64,000 bases of DNA from an uncultured Gammaproteobacteria bacterium (GCA_963824045.1 CAWGNW010000006.1:6099-70098); one strand, 5' to 3'; numbered from the stretch's first letter, positions 37,668 to 48,216 are shown. Translations and numbers: made by a program. The notes: generated by a model from the sequence alone, not told the origin.

Positions 37668-38237
37668 TCACGGGGTGCGATGTCCGGACCTGCGGTGATG
37701 CTTGAAATGTGCCAGCCAGAGCAGCATGGCGATCCCGATGATACCGGCCATCAGCACCAGTTCGTAGCGTTTGATATCACCGAGCAGCGCTTCCGCAGCC
37801 TGTCCGAAGTAGTAACCGGCAAGCCCGATGCTGACTGCCCAGATACCGGCGCCGGTCAGGTTGAGAAGGATAAATCGCAGGTAGGATATGTCGCTCATGC
37901 CGATGGCGAATGGCGTCACGGTACGCAGGCCATAAAGGAACCTGAATCCCAGGATAAGCAGGTTCTGGTGCTGTTCCAGCTTGTCGAAAACTTTCGCCGT
38001 GCGCGCCCGCCAGGAAGGGTAGCGTGCCAGCAGCGAATTTCCATGACGCCGGCCGAGAAAAAAACTCAGCTGATCTCCCAGCAGGGTTCCGCAAAAGCCG
38101 CAGGCAATTACCCGGTCCAGCGACAGGTAACCCAGATGCGCGGCGAGACCACCCAGCACCATGACGGTTTCGCCTTCCAGAAAGGTCCCGATGATCAATA
38201 TCGGGTAGCCATAGTTTGACAGCAGTGATTCCAGCAT
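37668..38237 (-). CDS. DedA-family membrane protein
   Basis: YGYPILIIGTFLEGETVMVLGG...GDQLSFFLGRRHG...GFRFLYGLRTVTPF. ATG 38237 (MLESLL...) is preferred over the track start at 38249. Confidence 0.85.
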   Translation of the reverse strand: MLESLLSNYGYPILIIGTFLEGETVMVLGGLAAHLGYLSLDRVIACGFCGTLLGDQLSFFLGRRHGNSLLARYPSWRARTAKVFDKLEQHQNLLILGFRFLYGLRTVTPFAIGMSDISYLRFILLNLTGAGIWAVSIGLAGYYFGQAAEALLGDIKRYELVLMAGIIGIAMLLWLAHFKHHRRSGHRTP

Positions 38238-38402
38238 GAAAACAGGCAAGGCCTCCCGGTCAAGGCAATGACATCACGGGAACCCGACGTCCGGATTCCG
38301 CAGTCTCGCCGGTTGTTGTACAGCGTGCATATTGTGTCATATTTTTTCAGCTTGCCGGGTGATGTGCGTCGGTGCGGCAGCGCAACCGGCCGGTTTCCGT
38401 CA

Positions 38403-39317
38403 TCAGGCCCAGCGCCGGTCCCGGGTGAACAGGATGTTCATCCATAATATGAAGCCGAGCCCGGAAAGACTTTCCTCCACCTCGGCCCTGATCCTGTCCA
38501 GTTCTTCAATATCGACTTTCCCGCTGTCCGCAGGGGCCAGAAAGGCGATATCGACCGCCAGTTCCCGCCCGACCTTGGTCGAGCGCACGACCACATCCGG
38601 AAAGTGATGCGTCCTGGCGATGGCATCGATATGGGTCTTTAACTGTTCCTGTATGTCGCCGGTGGGCGCCATCAATAACAGCTCGCGCATACTGGAAATA
38701 AACCGGGTCAGGGGCACGCGGACGAAATAGACTGAAGCCAGCACCACGATGCCGGGGTCGATATAGGGGACGACCCCCTTCAGCCGCGTGTGGGACAGCA
38801 GATAACCGGCCAGAAAGCTCGCCAGAACCACGCCGCTGAACACGGTGTCCATCAACCATAACTCGGACTCCGCCTGGACCAGGTCCGGCATGTCTGCGCC
38901 ATTGGTTTTCAGGTGGTACCAGCTGAAAAGGCAGGCTGCAATGGATACCAGGGCATACACCATGCCGAACAGCGAGTTTGTGGCTGTCGATCCGCCATGC
39001 AGTATGGCGACAGTCGAGGTGCCGATGCCGTAGACACAGACCCCGATGATCACGGTGGACTTGAGCGCGACGACAAGCGGTTCAAAGGCCATGCGACCAA
39101 ATTGAAAGGTATCGTCATCCGGCTGGTTAATCAGTCGCAGGGCGAGTATGGACAGCATGGACAGGATGATGCTGAAGCCGGAGTAAATGCCGTCGAACAG
39201 GATGACACCGGACTGGATAGCCAGGCCCCACGATATGCCCAGCACGGTAAACAGTACGCCCATCCAGACGGAAAACAGCAGCAGTGAACGCTCTTTGGAT
39301 TTTCTGTTCATAGGCAT
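38403..39317 (-). CDS. cation diffusion facilitator (CDF) family transporter
   Basis: 304 aa from ATG 39317 with six TM helices and a C-terminal cytoplasmic alpha/beta domain (HFPDVVVRSTKVGRELAVDIAF). Confidence 0.75.
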   Translation of the reverse strand: MPMNRKSKERSLLLFSVWMGVLFTVLGISWGLAIQSGVILFDGIYSGFSIILSMLSILALRLINQPDDDTFQFGRMAFEPLVVALKSTVIIGVCVYGIGTSTVAILHGGSTATNSLFGMVYALVSIAACLFSWYHLKTNGADMPDLVQAESELWLMDTVFSGVVLASFLAGYLLSHTRLKGVVPYIDPGIVVLASVYFVRVPLTRFISSMRELLLMAPTGDIQEQLKTHIDAIARTHHFPDVVVRSTKVGRELAVDIAFLAPADSGKVDIEELDRIRAEVEESLSGLGFILWMNILFTRDRRWA

Positions 39318-39837
39318 GGTTGAAAACTGCAGCCCCGAGTTGCGGGTTAACGGGTTTCCGGCGACGGGCAATTGTCCCCTTTCCCCGGAGATGCGTCCAG
39401 ACCGACGGTTCCGCCTGCATGAAGACTGCGGGCAGGCCGTCTCCGCCGGGTGATGTATTGCGATATTACCTGGCATTACACTGCAGTCCTGTCCGGGTTC
39501 GCTGAAGGTTCAGCAAGTCGGTAATCGAGCACTTTCCATCAAGACTGATCATGGCATCCATCCGCAGCGCCCCAAATACTGTGCCCCTTCCCGGGGTCCT
39601 GAACGCTGACAGCAGTTGCGGTTGATGATCAGCATGATGATAATCGTATAAGGTGGGTGATCCCGTCCGGGAACACGCGGCGGCCGGTGCGCCCGTCGGA
39701 GATGAATGCAGTGATCCGGCCATCGCCGGGAGGTACGAAGGCGAGTTGCCGTTCGTGAAGTGCAGGGGTTAGCAAAAGCGGTCAACGCCTGGTCGCCGCA
39801 TGATCCGTTGGGACCAGGAAATCCGGGAGGCAGTAAC

Positions 39838-40677
39838 GTGAGCAAGAAACACAAGAAGCAGAAAGGCAAGAATAATGAAGTAGAGGTCGTCGCGGAAAGC
39901 AGGCAGCGCCTGAAGAACAAGGAATACGAGAAGGAACTGCGCAAGCTGCACGTAGAACTGGTGAAGCTCCAGCAGTGGGTGGTACACGAGGGACTCAAGG
40001 TGTGCGTGGTGTTCGAGGGACGGGACGGTGCCGGGAAGGGGGGTACCATCAAGGCGATCACCGAACGGGTCAGCTCCCGGATATTCCGGGTGGTGGCACT
40101 GCCCGCCCCCAGCGATCGCGAAAAGACCCAGATGTATATCCAGCGCTATCTGCCACACCTGCCCGCAGCAGGGGAAGTCGTGATCTGGGACCGCAGCTGG
40201 TACAACCGTGCCGGCGTGGAGCGGGTGATGGGCTTCTGTAGCGAGGACCTGGTACAAAAATTCCTGAAGGCGACGCCACTCGTCGAGAAGGCGATGGTGG
40301 ATTCCGGCATTATACTCATCAAGTACTGGCTCGAAGTCGATCAGGAAGAGCAAACGCGCAGGATGGAAGGGCGCATTACGGACGGGCGCAAGCTCTGGAA
40401 GCTGTCGCCCATGGACCTCGAGTCCTACAAGCGCTGGTACGACTACTCGCGGGCCCGGGACGAGATGATTGCGGCCACGGACTCGGAGCATGCGCCCTGG
40501 CACGTAGCAAACTCGAACGACAAGAAACGCGTCCGCCTCAACATCATTACCCATCTGCTCGAGCAGATTCCCTATAAATCGCTGTCGCACAAGAAGGTCA
40601 AGCTGCCGCCACGGCAAAAGCCCGGCGGTTACAAGGAGCCGGATTACCCGCTCAAGTACGTCCCGGAAAAGTTCTGA
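39838..40677 (+). CDS. ppk2: polyphosphate kinase 2
   Basis: VVFEGRDGAGKGGTIK (Walker A), RYLPHLPAAGEVVIWDRSWYNRAGVERVMGF, WKLSPMDL. GTG 39838 is preceded by GGGAGG at 7 nt. The track start at 39760 is an alternative. Confidence 0.85.
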   Translation: MSKKHKKQKGKNNEVEVVAESRQRLKNKEYEKELRKLHVELVKLQQWVVHEGLKVCVVFEGRDGAGKGGTIKAITERVSSRIFRVVALPAPSDREKTQMYIQRYLPHLPAAGEVVIWDRSWYNRAGVERVMGFCSEDLVQKFLKATPLVEKAMVDSGIILIKYWLEVDQEEQTRRMEGRITDGRKLWKLSPMDLESYKRWYDYSRARDEMIAATDSEHAPWHVANSNDKKRVRLNIITHLLEQIPYKSLSHKKVKLPPRQKPGGYKEPDYPLKYVPEKF

Positions 40678-41075
40678 CGAACGCTGCGGCCTGCCGTCAC
40701 ATTTTCGGGCCTTGCAAAATCATTGATGCATGCAGTGCAGAGCCGCAGAGCCGGACGATGCCGGCAGTGCGTTGAGCGCATGGCGCAATAACACGCACAG
40801 GAAAACTATCGGGCAAGGCATGGGGCTTTGCGCCGCCCCGGTATGTGCCGGTCACCCGCCGGGGCGCCTGCCGGGGCCGGGCCGGGTCGGGCATTATGTC
40901 TGCATCGCTGCTGTTCAGGTCTCCCGCGTCGTTCGTTATCGTGGCGCAGGGCCTGCCAGTTCGTGCGATGCCACTGCCCGTGCTATCGCCACAGCGTCCC
41001 TGCGTTCTGTTGTTTCGTAACGCATGATTTCACGTTCTTCCGGTCCTGCAGGGGGCGGGGTGACCCGGATCGGGT

Positions 41076-41300
41076 TTACCAGTCCGGCGGAGTGAACAGC
41101 GGCTGCGCCTCGCCGGTCGGGGGCGCTTCAGGCAAGCCATCCGGGATTGTTGTGGCAGGGACCAGGTCGCCCCAGTCGGTTCTTTCCCGCATCTGTCGTT
41201 GCCGTGCCTCGGTTACGAAGTCGCGACCGGCGCGGATCTGCCAGCCGCCACCGAGGGCGCGGTAGACGCTGACGAGATTCCGGGCAATGTTGCCGCGTGC
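41076..41300 (-). pseudogene. 3' remnant of a NodT/OprM-type outer-membrane-factor gene
   Basis: Only the extreme C-terminus is present (...NIARNLVSVYRALGGGWQ...), the hallmark end of efflux OMF lipoproteins. The expected ~400 upstream codons are replaced by the end of the SulP gene at 41382. Confidence 0.45.
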
Positions 41301-41381
41301 ACTGCAGTGATTAAGGCCGGCCCCGGCCGCAGGGCTTGCCTGCGAAGCCGGCAGCATTACGGCAAGGGTGTGCCGGTTACC

Positions 41382-43082
41382 TCATGCCCCGGCCCCCGGC
41401 AGTTGCCGGTATGCCTCCAGCATGTCATCCAGGGTATCGAAGAAGGCGTCGTTGCCGAACAACTGGCTCAGGTTATAGCGGCTTTGGGCAGTAACATCTT
41501 CCATAACCTGCGCGACGACCAGGCGGATACCTTTTTCCTGCAGGAGGGCGTGCAGCGCACGCAGCGTTTCCGCCGCGGAGTAGTCCACATCGTCGACCGC
41601 GGAGGCGTCGACGCAGAACCAGCGCAGCGGCGGCTGTGCATTGTTGGCAAGTCGGGTCACTTCCTCGGACAGCTGCTGGGAGTTCGCGTAGTACATGCTG
41701 TGTGTGAAACGGTAGATAATGAGTCCGGGCTCGGCCTGGACCTGGCTCGTCACGGGCTGCACCTTCCATACGCCGGATTCATCCGGCATGAGCAGCGCGT
41801 TCTTCGGCCGGTAGCCGCGCCGGGTGTGATCGATCAGCGACAGTGCAATGGCCAGCAGGATACCCTGCTCCACGCCGACGAATACCACCATCAGCGCGGT
41901 AATCAGGGCCACCCAGAATTCCGAGCGCCGCTGGGCGAAGATTCTGTGCATACCCTTGATGTCGAGAAGGTCGACACCGACCAGGAAGACGATCGCAGAC
42001 AATACCGCTTCGGGCATGTAAGCCAGCGGTGCCGTGAGGAACAGCAGCACCAGCAGCACGATGGCGGTGGTGAACAGCAGCGACAGCTGGCTGCGGCCGC
42101 CGGCGCTGTCGATCATCTGGGTCTTGGTGGGACTGCCGTTGACGACAAAGGTGCCGGACAGGCCCGCGCCGATGTTCGCCAGCCCCAGGCCGACGAGGTC
42201 GGTATCCTCGCTGAAACGCTCGTTGTAGCGGGCGGCATAGGCGCGCGAGGTCGCGGCGCTCTGTGCCAGGATGACCACGAACATGGCGAACGCGACCGGC
42301 ACCAGTTTGCCGATCAGTCCCCAGCTCCATTCAACCTGCGGCAGGCCGATGTGTGGCAGGCCGCTCGGGACCTCGCCGAGCACATGCACGTGCGAACCCA
42401 GGCCGAGTGCCCAGCTGGCGGTAATGGCGCCGATCACGGCAATCAGCGCTCCCGGTATTTTTTTCGACAGCTTCTTCGAGCCGATGATCACCACCAGCAC
42501 GCTGAGTGTGATAACGAGCGCGTAGAAGTTGACCTGGTCGATCTGCTGGATATCGCTCCAGATCTTCTGCAGGGTGCCGTGCCCGCCGCCCTTGAGGCCG
42601 AGCATCCCGGAGATTTCTCCCAGGGCGACCTGGATGCCGACCCCGGTCAGGAAACCGATCAGTACCGTGCGCGAGAGGAAGTCCGCCATGAACCCGAGGC
42701 CGATAACCCGCGCCAGGAGGAGAAAGGCCGCGGCCATCAAGGCCAGCACTGCCGCCAGTGCGACATACTCATCCGAGCCGGTGGCCGCCAGCCCCACCAG
42801 CCCGGCGGCGAGAATCGCCGCCGTTGCCGAGTCGGCGCCCACTACGAGGTGCCGTGACGAACCGAACAGGGCAAACAGGGCCATGGGTATGAGGATGGTG
42901 TAGAGGCCGGTGATCACCGGGGTGCCGGAGATCTTGGTGTAGCCCATCACCTCGGGAATGGCGAGCGCCGCCAGGGTGAGACCGGCGATGAGTTCGAGGG
43001 GGATCTGTGAGGCCTTGATGGGCAGTACGCCCTGCAGGACGGGGAGGCCGAAAGCTGCGGTCTGCTCATTCGTCGTCGCCAT
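41382..43082 (-). CDS. SulP-family inorganic anion transporter with STAS domain
   Basis: 566 aa with AGLTLAALAIPEVMGYTKISG, LFGSSRHLVVGADSATAAIL and a C-terminal STAS (LRWFCVDASAVDDVDYSAAETL). Confidence 0.9.
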   Translation of the reverse strand: MATTNEQTAAFGLPVLQGVLPIKASQIPLELIAGLTLAALAIPEVMGYTKISGTPVITGLYTILIPMALFALFGSSRHLVVGADSATAAILAAGLVGLAATGSDEYVALAAVLALMAAAFLLLARVIGLGFMADFLSRTVLIGFLTGVGIQVALGEISGMLGLKGGGHGTLQKIWSDIQQIDQVNFYALVITLSVLVVIIGSKKLSKKIPGALIAVIGAITASWALGLGSHVHVLGEVPSGLPHIGLPQVEWSWGLIGKLVPVAFAMFVVILAQSAATSRAYAARYNERFSEDTDLVGLGLANIGAGLSGTFVVNGSPTKTQMIDSAGGRSQLSLLFTTAIVLLVLLFLTAPLAYMPEAVLSAIVFLVGVDLLDIKGMHRIFAQRRSEFWVALITALMVVFVGVEQGILLAIALSLIDHTRRGYRPKNALLMPDESGVWKVQPVTSQVQAEPGLIIYRFTHSMYYANSQQLSEEVTRLANNAQPPLRWFCVDASAVDDVDYSAAETLRALHALLQEKGIRLVVAQVMEDVTAQSRYNLSQLFGNDAFFDTLDDMLEAYRQLPGAGA

Positions 43083-43091
43083 GCGAGTCTC

Positions 43092-43394
43092 CTAGGATGC
43101 AGTGCCGCGGAAGCCCGGAAGTCCGCGCGCCTCCGGAGTGGTTGCCGGAAACAGCGCTTCCTCGAGGACTTTCTTGCCGCGTGTCTTGAGCAGCGCGTCG
43201 TAGAGCGCGCGGACCAGGTGATGGTGGTCTACCAGGTAAATCTTCTTCTTTCTCACTACCACAGGTACCGGTCGGACGCGGAGATAATCGTGGAGTTGCT
43301 GCGCGGCTTTGCTGAATTTCTTGTAGATGCACCCGGTGCGCACGGCAACCTCTGCCTCGCCGACTGCAAACTGCGTGGGGGAAAGATCCTTCAC
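43092..43394 (-). CDS. short ParB-like (ParBc_2-type) domain protein, possibly truncated
   Basis: DLSPTQFAVGEAEV...PVPVVVRKKKIYLVDHHHLVRAL matches the PTQ...G..EV...DHHH core of ParB-like nuclease-fold proteins. There is no ATG: the track start is GTG 43394, and the frame stays open upstream to about 43455. The C-terminal half of the family appears missing. Confidence 0.4.
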   Translation of the reverse strand: MKDLSPTQFAVGEAEVAVRTGCIYKKFSKAAQQLHDYLRVRPVPVVVRKKKIYLVDHHHLVRALYDALLKTRGKKVLEEALFPATTPEARGLPGFRGTAS

Positions 43395-43896
43395 CCTGAG
43401 CTTGTAGAAATCGCCAGCCCTTGCGTCCGCAGGGCACCACGGGAATTCCGAATCACATAGACCGGGTCATTGCCTGTTTCCTCCGCTTCCGGGATAAACG
43501 GTATGAGCCGCAGGCCTGCCATCTGATTATTTTACCACCAGCCATGCAGCTTTTTTATTGGTTGCGCGCAAGGATTATACTGCAACCGGGTCGAATGTGT
43601 CTGAAGCACGGGGACTCCCGGTAATTCTTCCAGAGACCGAACCTGTCGGTACGGATTATGGTTCGCCGCGAGCCCGCCGCCTGAAGCCACTGGCGTTTTC
43701 GCGAATGGGTTTATGTTTGTCCTATAATTTCAGTGTTTGTATATTCTCGACCTGAGGGCTGCCTGCTGACCGGGTTGTCGGTGAGTGGTATAAACGTAAC
43801 GCCACCTGTCCTGCCGCGCACTGCAGCATCCCTGGCTGTTGCAGCATGCAAGGCATCCAGCCACCTGCAAGGGACGAACAAGGAGCACGGAAACCC

Positions 43897-46800
43897 ATGC
43901 AACTCGCCGACCTGAAACGCCCGCGCGTCTTCATACCGCTCGGCCTGGTCCTGATTCTGGCCATTACCTCAGCCGTGGTATTCCATCCGGCATTCCAGAA
44001 AAAGATGCTGCTTGACCATGTGGGTCCGCTGGTGGACTCACTGGAGATCGGGCGCATTCATTTCACGCCCTGGTCACTGGAACTCGCCAACGTGGCGGTC
44101 GACTATGCCGGCGGTCATTTCCAGGTGGGGAACGGCTCGATCCGGTACTGCCTGTCTTCACTGCTGTTGCTGCAGCTCAACATCAAGCAGCTTGTCCTGC
44201 AGGATGTAAAGATCGATGTGGCAAATTTCAGTCCGCCGCCGTCTGAACCCGTGGAGAGTGGCATCTTCCCGGGTGTGCTGGCCTCGCTGCAGCACGGGCT
44301 CGGCTACAGCCTGCAGGAGCTGAGTGTCAATGCCGACGTTACCCTGCCCGGCAAGCAGTCGCTGGCCGCGAATATCAGTGGCGGTGGAATCAGGCCCGGT
44401 GAAAAGGGCAACATCAACGTGGATGCCCGCTTCAATACAGGGAACGCAGACGACCATGTCCTGGTCGATGGCATGCTGGCGCTCGATCAACTGTCGCGCG
44501 GGCGGTTCACCGCCATCGAAACCGTGTTTGATGTCCAGACGACACTGACTGACCTGCCGGAGACGGAGCATGTCAATATCAGCCTGGCCGTCACGCCCGC
44601 AGCGCTGGGCAAGGAAGAGCTCGCGGTCATCGAAGGCGGCGAGGCGCCAAGGTATTCACCGGAAAGGCTGCAACTGACGCTGCAGCAGAATGATGCGCAG
44701 GGCAACAACCGCGCCGTGCTCGACCTGGGTGGCATCTATGACGGTAACGGCGGCGACTTTACCGGCGCTTACCGGGTAACGGCCAATGAACGACTGGTCC
44801 AGCCCTATGCCGGGGACAACGTCATACCGCGCACGGAAGAAGTCCTGAAGGGTGCTGTCGACTTCAATATCGCGGAGCTGACCGGTGACATTACCGTGAT
44901 CAGTGACCTGCTCGTCACCGACCTCCGGGAAGTGAAAGCCAATGACAAGTTGCCCGAACTGCTGCGGCTGAAGAACAATTTCCGCCTGTCGCTGCTGCCC
45001 GGCAGACGGCTGCGGATCGTCACCCTGGATGCCGGCTTGACCGACGAAGGGGGAAACCAGCCACTGGCCGCCAGCCTGCCGGCGGATCTGAATATCCCGC
45101 TGGACGATATCGATGCCTTTCTCCAGCAGGAGAACACCCTGCTCGAATTCGAGCTTCCCGGCATACCGCTAACCTGGTTCGACGCCTTTCTTCCCGGGCA
45201 GGAAATCACGGACGGGCGTCTCACCGGGGCTTTCCGGATTACCACTGACACCAGCTCGAACATCCATATCAAGCCGGTCAAACCACTGAAGATCACCTCC
45301 CTCACCATCCTGCAGGGGGATGACGTACTTATAAACAGGATGAATCTGTCCGTACTGCCGGAAGTCAGCTATGCGGCTGATGCCCTGCAGGTGAAGCTGG
45401 ACCGGATTGTTGTCGCTGCCGAAGAGGGGACGCTGGCGACGGCAGCCGCCAGCGCCACCCTGCCGCTCGCCGGTGAGCGGCAGGGTGCGGTTGATGCGCG
45501 CGCCACTGCCGACCTGGATGTCTACAACCTGCTGGCCTATCTCGACATCAAGAAGTCCGGCAGGTACGGAGTACCCCGGCATTTCTCGGTGGAGTTCCAG
45601 ACCTCGCTGCAGCAACAGCCCGGTCGCGTCGTCATCAGCAAGCTGGACGGCGGTCTCATCAAGGACAGCAAGACCCGGCTGCTGAACCTGGCGCTGTTGC
45701 AACCGCTCATCCTGAACACCAGCGGACAGGGCAGGCCTGTCGCCAATGCCGCGGGGCAGCTGGCACAACTGAATATCAGCGATATCCGGCTCGACTGGTT
45801 CTCGGCGTTTGTGCCGAATGCCAGCTTGAGCGGCAGGGTGTATCGGGCAGCGTTTACCCTTGCCATGGATGCAGACGGCACGGCCAGCATCACGACGGAT
45901 AAGCCGTTCCGGATCAATAATGTCACTGTCAAGACCAAAGACGGCCCGCTGCTTGAGAATCTGGGCGTCAGTCTCAGGCCGGAGATCCGGCTGCTGCCCG
46001 AAGGCACGCAGATTACCTACAGGGATCTCGGTGTCAGTGGTGGCAAATCCAGCCTGGTTTCCGGCAGTGGTTCGATCGTACTGCCGGCAGCGGCAGGGCA
46101 GGCTCTGCTCGCCGATGGACACCTCAATGTCGACATACAGGCGCTGGCGCAGCAGCCCGTGGTGGCGGACACGCTGCAGGCTGGCGTGACATCCCCTGTA
46201 CGGATCGAGGCCGACTATAAACTGGCACAGGATGACAGCAGCATCGATATCAGCCGGCTGGCTGTCAACCTGTTCTATGCGGACACGGAACCCCGCGTTG
46301 CATTGACTGCCGACTCGAAAGTGCGGGTACGCACCCGGCTTGGCCGGAGCCAGTCGGGAGTCGGACGTGCCCGCGGCAAGGTCACCCTTGCGGTTGCCGG
46401 ACTCACGCCGGGACCGTTTGCCGACATTCTCAAGGCCAACGGTCTGACCTTCGACGAGGCAAACGGCAAGGCGGAACTCACGTCCGATGGCAGGTCGCTG
46501 ACAGTCGACAGCATTGATCCGTTCATCATCAGCGGTATCGGCCTCAGCAACGAAGATGGTGCGCAGCTGCATCCGTTCACCGTCATGACTGACGCGGGAG
46601 CGGTCCTGACGGGAGACACCCTGCAGGCCAAACTGGATCCGTTCAGGCTGACATTTGACCGGCGCAAGGAGGCGCCGGCTGTCGATGCCATGCTGGACCT
46701 GACCCTGAAGGGCAGTGACGCAGCGACCCGGGTGGAGGACCTGACTGCCAGCATCAGTGTATTGTTGCCCGCCATGCTGGACCAGCCGGCCATTCTGCCG

Positions 46801-48216
46801 GGCAACAGCCTGAAAGCCGGGAAAATGGAAACCAGCATCCGCCTCGATCCGGACGGAAAACTCACCTCGCTGACCCGGGTTCACGACCTGCAGGGCAGGG
46901 ACGAGTTGACGCTGGATCTGCTCGAGCTGCAGGTGGATGGGCGGCTGGAACCCGATGGCAGCTTCAGCATCAAGGCACCACTCAGGACAGTCGGCAAATC
47001 GGGCAGCAGCGACCTGCTGGTCGAAGCCGTACACTCGAACCGGGATGGCGTCAGCGATGACCTGAATGTCAACGTCGACAGCACGGTGTTCTATCTCAAT
47101 GATATCCTCAACACACTGAATACCATCGCCGGCCGGCAACAGGCTGCAAAAGGCGGGGGGAAACCAGCGGCAACAGACGAGGAACTGGCGGCAGCGGCGG
47201 CACAGGAGGAGACACTGGAACTGCTCCCGGACGAACGGGCATTCTGGGCCACCATTCCCTACAACCGGCATGCCAGCTATCACTTCGGCCAGCTCTACTA
47301 CACGGACTACCTGGTCATCCATGACATCAGGGGAAGTGGCGACTTCACACCGGAAAGGCTCTCGCTCGACAATTTCGAGGCGCATTTCCATGACAGCCCG
47401 ATCAGGCTGAACGCGGTCATGACCTTCACACCGGGTGATGCGCCCTACGATCTGGATCTGCAGGCCGGTGTCGAGCAGTTTGATCTCGCCAGGTTTTTCC
47501 GCGAGCTGGTTCCCGACTCGAAACCGCGCGCCGAGGGCCTGTTCGATGTCAGCCTGAATGCGTTCGGCAAGTCACCCAATATGCCCCAGTATCGCAACCA
47601 GCTGTTCTTTGACATGCACCTGCAAAGCCGGGACGGTGTCTTCCGGCTGCTGGACCCGAACAGCGCCCTGGTTGGAGGCACAACCGGTTTTGCAGGCGCC
47701 ATCGGTGAAGGGGTCTCGTACCTTCCAACCGGCCTGTTTGGCCTGGGTGCGGTGTCGCGACTCGTCGAATACATCAAGGAAATCAACTACGACAAGATCG
47801 ATGTGCGACTGGTCAGGGATGAATCACGGGATGTGCAGATAAAGCGCTATGTCGTCCAGAACCCGGAGATTCTGATGACGGCTGCGGGCGGGATCGAGTA
47901 CCAGGAGGGCGTCGACATACTGCAGAGCCCGCTGTCCATGGATGCGAACCTCGACTTTCGTGACAAGGGCGCGGCCATTATGTACGACCTGGACCTGCTG
48001 AAGTCGGAACAGGACGCCTACGGTTACTGGAAAGGGCCTGAAATCAAGTTCTGGGGTACCCCCGCCGCATCGGAGTCAAACCTCGGGGATATCATCACGA
48101 CAGCCGGCAATGCGGCCTTCCTCGGAGGGATCACCCGCCCGATATCCGGTCTGATCGGTAATATCAGACACCGCTGGATGGATGAGGAAGGTGAACCCGT
48201 CGAGTACAGCGAATAA
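43897..48216 (+). CDS. 1439-aa N-terminally anchored AsmA/TamB/YhdP-like envelope protein
   Basis: ATG 43897 with an AAGGAG 11 nt upstream. It has a single N-terminal TM (VFIPLGLVLILAITSAVVF), then over 1300 aa of beta-rich, repeat-free sequence. The C-terminal region resembles AsmA-family ends (GLFDVSLNAFGKSP...DMHLQSRDGVFRLL). Family call is by overall architecture only. Confidence 0.6.
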   Translation: MQLADLKRPRVFIPLGLVLILAITSAVVFHPAFQKKMLLDHVGPLVDSLEIGRIHFTPWSLELANVAVDYAGGHFQVGNGSIRYCLSSLLLLQLNIKQLVLQDVKIDVANFSPPPSEPVESGIFPGVLASLQHGLGYSLQELSVNADVTLPGKQSLAANISGGGIRPGEKGNINVDARFNTGNADDHVLVDGMLALDQLSRGRFTAIETVFDVQTTLTDLPETEHVNISLAVTPAALGKEELAVIEGGEAPRYSPERLQLTLQQNDAQGNNRAVLDLGGIYDGNGGDFTGAYRVTANERLVQPYAGDNVIPRTEEVLKGAVDFNIAELTGDITVISDLLVTDLREVKANDKLPELLRLKNNFRLSLLPGRRLRIVTLDAGLTDEGGNQPLAASLPADLNIPLDDIDAFLQQENTLLEFELPGIPLTWFDAFLPGQEITDGRLTGAFRITTDTSSNIHIKPVKPLKITSLTILQGDDVLINRMNLSVLPEVSYAADALQVKLDRIVVAAEEGTLATAAASATLPLAGERQGAVDARATADLDVYNLLAYLDIKKSGRYGVPRHFSVEFQTSLQQQPGRVVISKLDGGLIKDSKTRLLNLALLQPLILNTSGQGRPVANAAGQLAQLNISDIRLDWFSAFVPNASLSGRVYRAAFTLAMDADGTASITTDKPFRINNVTVKTKDGPLLENLGVSLRPEIRLLPEGTQITYRDLGVSGGKSSLVSGSGSIVLPAAAGQALLADGHLNVDIQALAQQPVVADTLQAGVTSPVRIEADYKLAQDDSSIDISRLAVNLFYADTEPRVALTADSKVRVRTRLGRSQSGVGRARGKVTLAVAGLTPGPFADILKANGLTFDEANGKAELTSDGRSLTVDSIDPFIISGIGLSNEDGAQLHPFTVMTDAGAVLTGDTLQAKLDPFRLTFDRRKEAPAVDAMLDLTLKGSDAATRVEDLTASISVLLPAMLDQPAILPGNSLKAGKMETSIRLDPDGKLTSLTRVHDLQGRDELTLDLLELQVDGRLEPDGSFSIKAPLRTVGKSGSSDLLVEAVHSNRDGVSDDLNVNVDSTVFYLNDILNTLNTIAGRQQAAKGGGKPAATDEELAAAAAQEETLELLPDERAFWATIPYNRHASYHFGQLYYTDYLVIHDIRGSGDFTPERLSLDNFEAHFHDSPIRLNAVMTFTPGDAPYDLDLQAGVEQFDLARFFRELVPDSKPRAEGLFDVSLNAFGKSPNMPQYRNQLFFDMHLQSRDGVFRLLDPNSALVGGTTGFAGAIGEGVSYLPTGLFGLGAVSRLVEYIKEINYDKIDVRLVRDESRDVQIKRYVVQNPEILMTAAGGIEYQEGVDILQSPLSMDANLDFRDKGAAIMYDLDLLKSEQDAYGYWKGPEIKFWGTPAASESNLGDIITTAGNAAFLGGITRPISGLIGNIRHRWMDEEGEPVEYSE

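Noticed and set aside
39466-40061. Minus-strand ORFs 39466-39723 (85 aa) and 39549-40061 (170 aa) upstream of and overlapping ppk2
   Set aside because: They are low-complexity Pro/Ser/Thr/Cys-rich translations with no RBS or motifs. The longer one is antisense to the conserved PPK2 N-terminus.
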